Assembly: GCA_964016885.1 (NCBI GenBank)
Contig: OZ024745.1
Span: forward strand, 55,924,001-55,988,000
Source: Eledone cirrhosa
Lineage: Eukaryota
DNA length: 64,000 bases
Direction of reading: 5' to 3'
Of the stretch, positions 51,345 to 64,000 are shown one piece after another. The translations under genes were made by a program, and so were the position numbers. The notes under the pieces were generated by a model. That model did not search any database and had not been told where the DNA came from. It saw only the letters and a program-made list of their open reading frames with translations. How positions within the stretch are numbered: the first letter of the stretch is position 1; every line of letters begins with the position of its first letter.

Positions 51345-51959
51345 CTATAACTCCCTACGATAGAGTAACCTCTGAAGTATAGTGACTGCTGTCAAGCTTA
51401 CACTATTTACACTTCTAGCCCTCCTTAGCCACCTCGTCTAGATATTAATGCTCCCTCCGTTTAGATAGTAATGCCCCCTCCGCCATTTGTGGTATTTTTC
51501 TCTTGGTTGTAAGAGGCTTAACTCTGTTTCTTGACCGCTGTATCACGTGATAAGTTCCCCCTCCGCCTTTCCGGGATTCTCTCTCAAGCCTTGCGGACGT
51601 GTTTTGAAACTTTAAATGAGGTATTCTCTTGATATGGTGGCAAACGTCACACATATACTGCATCTCTATGATGTAATATTTTTGCAAAGTAGCCACGAAA
51701 CTGCGCAGTCGAGATTGCAGAGGAATATTGGGTATTTAAATTTTTTTTGTTTATGTCTGTTTCTTCTTTCTTTATAATGTATTATATATATATATATATA
51801 TATAATGTATAATAAACAATACAATATAATTACCTCATTACCAGAGGTTTCCCGAATAAGACGAATACGGAAAACGTCCTCATTCGTTCATCGGACATGG
51901 CAATTTAAAACGTAGTGAAATATTTGAAAAATCTCCTCAAGAAAGGCAAGGGTTTAACT

Positions 51960-53225
51960 AAAGGAAGATGGCAAGAGCCTTTATTTATATATTTTAAATT
52001 TTCATTAGGTTTATGGTACGGTTTATAAGAAGCAGTAGGCAGATCTAGGTTTATATCTAGAAAATTAACATTGGAAAGGTTAGTGTCAATAGTAATTTTA
52101 AGATTAAAACTAGCGAAGGTTTTTATTAAGTCATTCCTTAATCTATCTAAGTTATGGCCTATGGTGGTATGGGAAAGTATTAGACCATCGTCAAGATAAA
52201 GCCCCAAAATATGGTTAGGGAATTTTTCTTTAAGTGTGTGTAGGAGGAATAGGCCGACTAAATCACATACATCAGCACTTTATAAAGAACCCATTGAGAC
52301 ATCGAATGGGTTCTCTGGGTTAGATATTTTACCCAAGTGTCATTATTAGTAAAGAGTAGAGTGTTTCTAGCATGCAAGATGAAATTCTCTTCAATATCAG
52401 AAATGTTGGTAAACTTTCTAGCGAAATTTAAGGCTTTCGCTAAAAGAGGCTGAGTAATAGACGGGTAGAAATCTACAATGACAAATTGGGTGAATCTAGA
52501 ACCATTTTTATCTTTAATATTATTAAACCAATCTACTACGGAAGAGTTATTTATCCATTGGAGTAATTCGGACTTACTTCAAATGTGTGTGTTTATATTA
52601 TTTAAAAATTCTTTGCTAGCAAGACCGATATCAGTCTTAGCAGGGTTGATTAATCTACAACTAGGACGATTAATAAAGTCAGGTTTGTGATCTTTCAGGA
52701 TGATATAGGCATTACGTTTAGCAAGTTTTTCTGTCCTATTATCTATTTTTAAAGAACTATCTAATTCTTTAGCTTCCTTATTTATATTATGATACGTGTT
52801 TATATTAGATATTTGGTATTTAGAGGTGATTTTATCTATTAAGAGTTGGTCATGTAAATTATTATTAACTTCGTATAAGTTTTGTCGGAGAAAATGAACT
52901 TATTTTTAGAAGATTTGAATATTGAAATATCATTAGATAGTTTAGATTGAAAAGGGTTAAAGTACTTACGAAATTTTATATTGTTGATTAAATTAACTAA
53001 GTCTAGTTCAAAAGCGGTCATATCTTTTACTCTTTGTCGGTATTTATGAGTTTTGATATCAAAATGTTCCGTAGTGTCCGTGTTAAAGTGTCCATCGAGA
53101 ATCAAAGCTTTCCATCTCATTCTTTTAACAACTTTCTCTACTTTGTCTATCAGCATTTTCGTGTAGGAAGTGTTAGAAGGTGTTGGGATATTCTTGATAG
53201 AGTAATCCAAAGGATATTTATCCAT
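51960..53225 (-). pseudogene. Penelope-like RT, N-terminal part and core
   Basis: MDKYPLDYSIKNIP...LIDKVEKVVKRMRWKA; KDHKPDF...CRLINPAK; DFYPSI; DVSMGS; GLYLDDGL; VNFLDINLDL....YKPYHKP. Confidence 0.88.
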
Positions 53226-53409
53226 GTTCAGTATTGGTTTAAAATCCTATTGACTGAAGAGTGCTCGACTTTAAAAGGGCTGGAAGGTGCCAATCTCATA
53301 AAAATGTAGAATATGCTACGATCATTCCCTTGGGAGCTGTATAAGTATTGAAGTTTCCGTTGAAAATTGAAAAAGTCATATGAGTGAAGAGTGCTCTATG
53401 TAAGTACTC

Positions 53410-54069
53410 TTTAGCAGTTAAAACTAATGTAGGCAAAACATTCCTAGAGCTCTTAGATAAACATTTCCCTGGAACACATAGATGCAATAAGATCTTCAAT
53501 AGAAACTGTGTCAAAATTATCTACTCCTGCGGTCCCCCTATTAAATCTTATATCATCAATAAGAAAACACCCAGAGAACATCAAAATTGCTCATGTAGAG
53601 TCAAAAGTGAATGCCCATTACAAGGTAAATGCAACACCAAAGCCATTGTATATGCGGCTAAAGTGACAACCATCAGCAACAACCTACCAGCCACCAGCGA
53701 ACGATATGTAGGTATGACACAAGACAAATTCAAAACGCGTTATTACTCACATGTCGCATCTTTCCGACATCTAGAAAAAACATTTACAACAGCTCTGGCT
53801 AGCAGAATATGGGATTTGAAAGATCAAGGTATCCAATATAAATTGGATTGGTCAATTTTGAACCGATCTAAACAATATGCAAGAGGAACAAGAAGATGCA
53901 CACAAGAAGATGCATAAGTGAAAAATATTGGATTTTACAGAACCTTAAATCACCAAACACCTGCCTAAATACAAAAACAGAAATTTTCACCAGCTGCCCA
54001 CACATGAAATCACACTTGCTTTCCAGCTCATATAAACTTAACTCACTTTCAGATACTTATCCTCCATAA
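53410..54069 (+). pseudogene. Penelope-like linker plus GIY-YIG endonuclease
   Basis: TNVGKTFLELLDKHFP..KIFNRN; CSCRVKSECPLQGKC; IVYAAKV..YVGMT..FKTRYYSH..SF; after a frameshift CISEKYWI..LNTKTEIFTSCPH. Confidence 0.88.
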
Positions 54070-54923
54070 ACTCTTGTTCTTCACTTTCCTTAAATTATCC
54101 TCTTTACAGACTTCTCTTTCTGATTTACTTTCATTTTTAACTTTATTTTCATTTTTATTTTTATTTTCACTTCACATCCACCAGTGACCCCCGCCCCTAC
54201 TTTTTGATTCACTTACCCAATATCTTCACATTCCATATTTTATTTCCCCATTTTCTTTAACTACCTGATATCATATGTCACTTGCGTTTTCAACTCCAGA
54301 TATATGCTGTTGTTTCGCAGCCGCTTTTTATTTGTATATTTGTATTTCTTTTTTTCATATGGCTGGTTTATAATGTTTATCTATGCGTGTGAGTGTGCAT
54401 ACGCCTCCGCATGTGTGCGTGTGTGTGTATATATGTGTGAGCATGTGTGTTTTTATATCTATATTTATACGAGTGTGTGTATGCGGGTGAATGTATGTGT
54501 ATAAGTATGTGTATATATATATGTATATGTATGTATGTGTGTGTATGCATATATGTATATATATAGTCGCGTACGTACGTGTGCTTAGATATACGTGTGC
54601 CGATATATATATATGTGTGCTTCATGTGTATGTATGTACGTATGCATGCGTTTCCTTATTTTTATATATCTCTTGCTTTATTTTTTTTTGCCCGTTAAAC
54701 TCTTGCCTTTCTTGAGGAGATTTTTCAAATATTTCACTATGTTTTAAATTGCCTTGTCAGATGAACGAATGAAGGCGTTTTTCGTATTCGTCTTATTCGG
54801 GAAACCTCTAGTAATGAGGTAATTATATTGTATTGTTTATTAAACATTAAATTTAGCTCTGGTACTTACATAGAGCACTCTTCACTCCTATGACTTTTTC
54901 AATTGTCAATGGAAACTTCAATA

Positions 54924-54973
<50 letters not shown>

Positions 54974-56964
54974 AATACAAATGAATATATGATAAACACT
55001 AATACAAGTATATAAGTGTTTGTATTGCAAATGACCAAGTTAGCTAGATTGAAAAATACTAATTAAATTAATACAGTTTGCCTGTCTCGATTTAAAATAA
55101 TAAATTAATAAAAACAAACCTATATTGGCAACAGCCGTGATACCCGGACAAATTTAAATTTCAAAACTCAAATTTGTTTCGCAACAATAAGTGAAAATTC
55201 CCATCTCTGTGCTCATCTGCAGGTATCCAGAAATTGGTATGTTTCACTTCAAAATACTTAGGAAGACTGAAAGAAATGTGTTGTTGAACGCACATGTTGT
55301 TGAACTTCCTAAGTATTTTGAAGTGAAACATACCACTAGAATGTATGTATGGACATATAAGTATTTATATGAGTGAGTGTGTTTTGTTTCACTAACTTAC
55401 ACACTGTTTGCCTTCCATTTCTCTGAATAATTGTAAATACTCCCGGTATCTTTCATTTAAACACTGGTTCTCCCTATATATGATATGAAATGTTACATCA
55501 GGCACAGGGCAAACAACCAACGCATTGGACACTATATATTAGATATACGTTTGAGAGTGATTATGCTGAAGATGGTAAACTTATCTTGCCTCGGGTGAAG
55601 GTTACTGGGCGAAATAGAGAGAACAATTAGGGGTAATAATTTAATTAAAGTTATGGAAGATACACGAAGGGGGCTCTGTAAACCAGACCAACAACAGCAA
55701 TTGGAGATATAGGTGTAATGAGGTGAGATGAAGACTAGGAGTTCAACTATATGCCTTTGAGCCTATATAACAGCCCACGTTTCTATCTAACAATCTATTC
55801 ACTATTTCTACACCTGATCATTCCGTCAGAGTTGATTTGATTTCATCCCCTTTTGTGCGTTTCATTACATCACTGTTCTTTTTAAAATTATATCCGTTTA
55901 ATGTAATGCATCGTCAGGTTAGGGTAGTTGTTACCCATTAATCCAGAAATCAGTCTATCAATCTATGTCGCGAATTAGTTGACTACCTATCTAAATATCT
56001 GCCAGTCTACCCACATGTCTATCAACCTATCTTACCAAATATCTTCCTCAAAATACAATTCTGTTACATAGCTGCAGATATATTGATCCACTCATCGGTC
56101 CGTGCAAATTGAGTTGCTTTTCCGACTAACTTGACAACTACCTCTCTATCTGCTTATCCATTGTTGAACTCCCTCCATTAATTTATGTACACGCATATAC
56201 ATACACAAAAACATACATACACAAACTCCCTAATATGGGCGCGTGTGTGTACGGGTATTTGTGTGTGTACGCATCTGTGTGTGTTAGAATGAATATATAT
56301 GAATATGGGTCAGAAGAAATATTTTTTTTAAAGATTTTCTTTACTCTCTATTGTAGTATTGTAAAAAGATTACTCTGTCTGTAAGATAATATAATAACGA
56401 GGACGATGAAGACAGTGTTATTATTAATCTTTATCATAATTTGTGTCTGAATGTATAAATCGATATTGGGAATGATTAATATTTACCAATGAAATCTTGA
56501 ACAACCAAGTTGAGACATTTGAATATTATGCATGATAAGATAATTATTTACTCAGAGACTAATGAAGTCAGTAGAGCGACGAAGAATAAATGAGAGGACT
56601 CCCAGTTCCAGATTTCATCTATATTGAGTTTGGATATGAATTTAATATAGTGTGAAGTACAGAGAATTAAAGATTAATTTACCACTTCAATAGTGAGGAA
56701 GTAATTCCGCTAAAATTGAATTGTATTATAGAAAAATATTTCTTATGTGCCATCGTCAGCTTCACATCCTCTCGTTTACATTGATAGAATAATGGGCGAA
56801 TGGATATACAAAATCCTTCAAACTCAAATGTGAGAAAAGATTGTGATTTTAATCTTAATCTACAATTGTTATCTTTATTTACAATTAAAATATGTACAAG
56901 AAATAACATTTTTTTTTTGTATTTTTTTCCTTCGGCCATTAGCCGAAAGGACGTGGATAGACTT

Positions 56965-57018
<54 letters not shown>

Positions 57019-59166
57019 GAAACATCAGAAATACACATTTTCTTTAAATCTTAAATTTACTAATTTCTAAATGTTTGATTATGTATACACAGAGAATCCT
57101 ACCTGTTCATTTCAATAAGGAAACTTTTACATATTTAAAACTTCTACTACAAAATTCAAATTAACATCTAAAACGACAAAGAATCAAAAATACATTATTA
57201 AACGTTGCCAATACAATAAGTACTTTTACATATTTTGTCTGAATAGCTAAAAATTTGCTAACACCATTTCGAACAGCTCATAAAATAATACGCAAGTTAA
57301 AATATTGCTCAATACGCTTTGTCAAGATTCTCAAATTATTCGGCGTTTAATACCATGAACGTCAATATAACTTTCGAATTGATAATGATTTACACAGTAT
57401 ATCTAAACAATCTGTCAGGAATCTGGCTGTCTAAATGAATGTGAAATCATCGTAAAACGAACAGACAGCGGACCCAGTCATATGTTATTTGACATTTAGG
57501 TTTTAGATTCGCCAGTCTTTTACAATAGGTATGTTATAGATAGGTTAAAGCGCTTCCTCTTTTCTGGTTTGAGTGGTTTGAGGGCACATCAAACCTTCCT
57601 GTTTAACAACACCACCTTTCCATGTAGATAACTTTATCAGTTTGAGCTGTGTTCATTTAATTCAAACCATTTCCCGTGACCTCTCAAACCTCTCCAATTT
57701 TCCCTGCATTTTGCAGTAGACCACGATGATATTGAGTTTGGATATGGATCATTTTCTCTAAACCAATTTTTCAACTGCTATATATAGTCCATTTCTCCTA
57801 TCAAGGCTACGATCTTTAATAAACAATATCCACTCCAACATTTGTTTTTTGTATTTACATAAATTTCATTTCCTCCACTGCACACCATCGTCAGTTCCTC
57901 CCAATCTGTGTACATAAATGCTAATGTCACCTGATGCAATGATAAGCAAATTGGCTGATAGTTGATTACTAATTATTAGACCTTGACCTATTGACCGATG
58001 GCGATTACTAATGCACTGATTATCTATAATATAATTCTGTATTGTATTCTGTTATGGAAATGTGATTTATAATACATCATTGCTGATACTTAATCATTCG
58101 AGGTTTTGTTTTGTACCTATACCATCGGCTGAAGGAGCGCATTTGCATATAATACGTACCTGACTGGTAAAAGGAAGGTAATTAGAGGTGCCACAGTGTA
58201 GTTCATCATTTGTATAACGATCTAGAAACAGCTCTTTGACAATTTCACCGAAACTGAGATAGGTGTAACTCAATCACAATATTTTAAAGAGGTCATAGAG
58301 TCTCTCATATGTTTATTATGCTTAAATATAAGGGTATATGCTTTCATGTACAGCTCTGTTACATAGAGTTGCATGACAAAATAGGATGATTTTATTGAAC
58401 TTCTGGAGGGGGATCCTCGTCTATGATTTAAAATATTTCTGAAAGTGCCCTGACAGAACTTGAGTAGATTGTAAAACTCATGTCTCTGATGCTCAAAAAC
58501 ACTACACATTCCAAAAACAAGAAATCCAACTTAATTTTCTTCTATCTTAACAAACAACCTTTATTTACTAGCGCACTGACAATATAATAATTAGAATAAT
58601 ATTTCGATGGAGAATAAAATTTTCTTAATGTTAAAGGTTATTAGCAGGCAGATGACTGAAACCAAGAAAAGAGTATAATAACAAGAGAGTAAAATGTTTA
58701 GTTACCTTTTCTAGGTTATATTCATTCTTTATATGATTGCAATAAATTAACGAAGATACCACACTATAGCCTTCCTGCATATAGTGAATTGTGTTAGATT
58801 TACATTGTTTTCATACTGAGAGATCTTGAAGAGATATCAAATTTAGAATACATCTGAACCAGTATCCTTAAACAGAGACAGATATATCAATTACATACGT
58901 TAAAGTACAATCCTGATATTATTTCCTACCTGAATATGAGTGACAAACTACTAAGTCCATTACCCATAAAGTGAGAAAGTGTATAAACGACATTCAAGTA
59001 TCTGATGATGTTTGTCGGTCGGTACCATATATAGTATTGGCGAAATGCATCTTAAGTCAGTTATATTTATAAGATACTCAGCAACAGCTTATATATTCTC
59101 ACAATTCAAATTGCCAATTCAGTTTAATTAGCGCAATATTCTGTTCTAAAATCCATGAAATGATTG

Positions 59167-59623
<457 letters not shown>

Positions 59624-59899
59624 TGAAAACAGGGAGAAAAAGACGATTATCAGGAAGAAAAATATATTGTTTTCCTTTTTATGTTTTTCTCTCTTTTTTT
59701 CTGGGTTAGAAAATGATTAAAACGAAATATTTTACTTCGTGTGAAGTGTTAAGGTATTAGTTGATTTATGTATTAATTAACAATGGCATTTATTTATTTT
59801 TCTTCCTAATAATCGTATTTTTCTACCTGTTTTCATATGTATATATATATCCTAACTCGTGTGCTCCCTCCCCACATTTTATTATGTATATATATATAT

Positions 59900-60009
<110 letters not shown>

Positions 60010-63000
60010 CATTCATCTAAATTTAATAAATATTCGGGTAGCCTAATGTCAGAAGTCATTATAAATCACACTAAAATTCACAACTGCTTTCAAATGTAAA
60101 TAATTTGATTTCGCAAATGATAAGCGAAATACTTTTCACAATTCTTGTGTCACGACAATAATTTTAAAATGCCATCATTGCTTAGCATTACCTATATACC
60201 TTATCTTGAATATGAGATATACTGATTAATACTTATATTATAATAGATGGGAGTGGGCATGTGGAGCATTTTTGTCTCCGACAATCTAAGTTAATTCGTC
60301 CATGACACAGTGAACTATTAAACTGAGCATGATGAGGCGTAACACGTTCAAATATATAATCAGTCAAATATTAAGATTTTAATTTTACTTGCTCACTGTA
60401 TGCAAGCCAGCTGACAAATTGTGTGGTAAACTTTGGATATAGGATCGTCCCCGTTGTGGGTATCAACTGTAGTTTTTAGTTTTGTCAGCCAAATAATTGG
60501 GCTCACCAATTTGTAGATTAACTCATTTCATCAAATTTTCATTTCAAGCGATTGTTAACGTGTTTTCAGTCAGATTTCGAAGAGTGTTGAAGTAATAAAT
60601 ATACTTATTTTATTACTTCAAAAATAAAAAAAAAACAATTGTTATTTCTGATACTTTATCAATATGACACTTTATATTGTTCATGCAAAAATGTATAAAT
60701 GATATCTACTGCTTTCTTTGTCTATAGACGTAACAAGTATTGTCTATGCAAATAATTTCATAACGCATTTTCAATGAGTTAACAGAAGATGAATTCGAAT
60801 AATGAATTTTCATTCAGACTACAAGTGCATACAAAATTTAGGTGCATTGGAGCTGGATGTATTCTGATGTGTGATATTTCAAACAAAAGCCGCAATACAA
60901 GGAATATCAAAATCAATGAATAATAGATCTAGGGAAAACATTTGTATTTGGTAAATTTTATACGTGTTGTATTACCTGTAAACTGTTATTTACAGTCATA
61001 ACCATTGATATTGCTATATGGACTACGCATCGGGATAAATGAACATCATTTATTTCAAAGAGATAAAGCCATTATTCTAGAACGACTCTCATTTGTTGCT
61101 GTAGTCACTTCCATTTGATCAACGTTTATGTTTGTAAATTAATCTCAGGGGGCATAATTTACTGTGAAAATAGTTATGTGCATTTCATTCTATGATTACT
61201 CATACCATGTCGCTAGCGTGAAAGAATTTGAATAATATCAAAAGCAATATTTATGATAGGAATGTATCAGTACTTTTTATTACTGTGTGATTCTAAAATA
61301 TTTTCAAATATTGTAATAGTCACACCTAGTAAGATCATTGATTTGGAGCTAGCAATAAAAGTATAATACTGAAACATAGCCTAGGAGAATAAGCAGAAGC
61401 AAAGATATTATTCAGTATAAAATGCTTTATCTCACAGTAGAACAGTGGTAATAACACGGTTTAATTAAATAACATTTTAGATCATAGAGGGTCAGACGTA
61501 GATGACATGAAAAACTTATGGCCCATACAAATGGCTCCATAGAAGTATGTGTTTGTACATGACTATTCAAGTTAGAATGATACAGGTTAAGTAATTTAGA
61601 CACTGTATTTGGTTTTACAATTTACACACCATCATGTTGAAAATTAGTAATATATTGAGCAATAAGAATGCATTATAACACGACCTCTTACCTCGAATTT
61701 TACACAATTTCTCTTGTACATTGATATAATTATTAGAAGAATGTTTGTGATTTTCAAACTGATCGATTGTTTGAAAAATACTTAACCTTCAAATTGCATT
61801 ATATGCATTCATGCATATAGATGGACTCCATTATTGAATGTTAGCAGATGATATCTGATTTCCTTTAATCATTATATATCACTGTGATAATTGAATTCAG
61901 AGTTGAGAAGTCGCAGAAGTTATATAATGATTGTCATACGAGTGTGAACTTTAATCTACTAGCGTGTAAGCTACAGCAATCAGTGATGTAAGGCAATCAA
62001 ATGTGTATATCTTAATTCTGAAAGTTTCCACTTTCCCTGCAGGCTAAATACTTAATACTAAAAGGCATTGTCAATATAAATTGACATTTGTAACGCGTTG
62101 ACAGCTTTGATTGTGCTAACCTACTAAGGCACAAACTATATGGATATATGCGTTGTAATGTAGTGTTGAAACCATGGGAATCATTTTCTAGGCTCTAATA
62201 CATTCATAAAATATTTGCATGAAAATTCTAAATTATAGATACGCCTTTGTAAATCAAATCGGTTTTGGCATAACTATTGTTTTCTAATTATTTGTTTTCA
62301 CTTTTATATTCCCCTTAAAATAGTAAATATAAACTAATTTTTTTTCAAAGTTGACATCTGAAGATGACCATTAATATTTGGTGATAATATTTGCAATTAA
62401 TATTCAGTGAGTTACAATTTCCGATTTTTGTTATTTCTAGCTAGACCCTTGTCAGACTTCATTGAACAAACCTGTGATTAATGGCTTTGTTTTGGTAGCC
62501 GTTTTTTTTTTGTTTTTTTTTTGTATTCGCAACTAGAAAACCATATTTCAATATATCATTTGTCTTAGACATGAGTGCTCTTTGTGTATTGTTTAAATAT
62601 TATCTCTATTACTTTGAGTAAATAGATAGAGGTTCCATCCGATCGTGAGAAGAGTTAAATATATCACGTTGCAGTTTCACCCAGATAGGATCAATGAATA
62701 CAACTTGTGTTTAAATACATCCGGTCGTGATATTTCGTTTTCTCCAGACATTGTTTATGTAGGAAAGTACGCAATTCGCTTCCCATTCTCTTTTGAAAAA
62801 AGTATGTCAGATTTAAGGGAGAAGTGATTTTTCCTTCCAGCAAATCAGGTGAGACCGTAGAGGATTCGTCACTCATGTAAAGCTTTGGTAAGTATTCATA
62901 TAATCAACATAACTTATTTCATTTATATAAGCAGAACGAAACATTGCACCCACCTAAGGACACTTTTCAACCATGTTTATACCTACTTTTGTAATTATAT

Positions 63001-64000
63001 TTTTATGTAATTATATTTATATTTTTATCTGCAAAATCTATAAATAATATTGATCTCTGAATACAACCCCCCCCCAAAAAAAAACACGCACATCACAAGA
63101 CAATTAAAAAGATTCTATGTCCACCTTAGGTTTTCACTAACACCGAAAATACTGACATTTTGCCAATTGCACCCCACCTAATTACTCACACAAGACAAAA
63201 CTTCACAATTATCATCTGGATCATTATTGAAAATAGAAAATAATTTTCTGTTTTAACAAAATTAATACTATTGAAACCCGACCTATTGAACACCACCTGC
63301 ATCTTCACCACCGCACCTTTATCATAATACACCATATTAGTAATGGCCATCCCCCTTTAATAGCTGATTAACTATAGTATTACCAAGAGTTATTCCCTTT
63401 TGCATTAGGAAAACAAAAGATTATTTAAGACATACAGCTATCCCCCTTTTCCCGAGCGAATCTCAGGTTAATAACATCGTCCGTCTTCATTTACAGTTGC
63501 TTGAAGGATATCGAGGCATATAAACTAGCGAAACGAGAATCTAGCATACCTGCAAGGTCTGAGACAGAAGGTAGCAACATGTACGTGTTGAAGGCAATAA
63601 CCATTATATATAATATATAGAAGTATATTCTAATATATATGTTCTTTATGAAGGTGAAGTGGTGAATGTGGAAGTAGGATTCAACAGGTCAACATTCAAT
63701 TAAATTCACTTCGAAGGTCCAGACAGCATATTTAATTAGTGCGTGTTTTGTGTGGGTATTAAGGTGGGTTCAATTGTGTTGAAAGGTCAGTATTTGGGGT
63801 TTGTGAAATAAGTGTGTGTGTATACCGCTTGTATCAAGAGAACATAATTATTCTTAATAATTGCAGATAAAAGCAAGGATAAACATATAAATGTAAAAAG
63901 AATAAGAATAAAAATGATAGAAATTGGTATTGTGGGGTGTTGAAGAGACTGGGCTCTTGGGAAATTTGCAGAAGAAGAGAAAGAAGGGAGAGACAAAAAT

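Larger units (their letters stand above)
51803..54929. mobile_element. Rearranged Penelope-like element, Naiad-like
   Basis: Pseudo-LTR 54694-54929 has inverted partial copies at 51803-51958 and 53340-53407; RT on minus strand, GIY-YIG on plus strand. Confidence 0.85.

Noticed and set aside
59002-59051. Hammerhead-like CTGATGA...GAAA-TGCA-TC
   Set aside because: No helix I and a 9-nt insertion before a wobble-rich helix II; compatible with chance

Overview
AT-rich, microsatellite-dense animal DNA with no host protein-coding gene that I can support. The SINE family and (TA)n/(CA)n/(AAT)n load suggest a cephalopod such as Octopus, but that is inference. The main feature is a 9.8 kb array of near-identical 310-bp units (1759-11574). 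Each unit contains a type I hammerhead ribozyme (CUGAAGA...GAAA-CGCG-UA) with a palindromic helix III, which is the organisation of a retrozyme that could yield a 310-nt circular RNA. The array flips orientation at about 9000 through a microhomology junction. It also shows a 10-unit periodicity of variants, one of which is a G8C change in the catalytic core. The rest of the window is mostly mobile elements: Penelope-like elements (GIY-YIG, inverted pseudo-LTRs, further hammerheads, one Naiad-like copy), a 5'-inverted RTE LINE, a non-autonomous Helitron, tRNA-type SINEs, and a 14.6 kb stack of two Tx1-like and two R4/Dong-like LINEs, each bounded by (AAT)n. Most short ORFs in the track are microsatellite or antisense artefacts.
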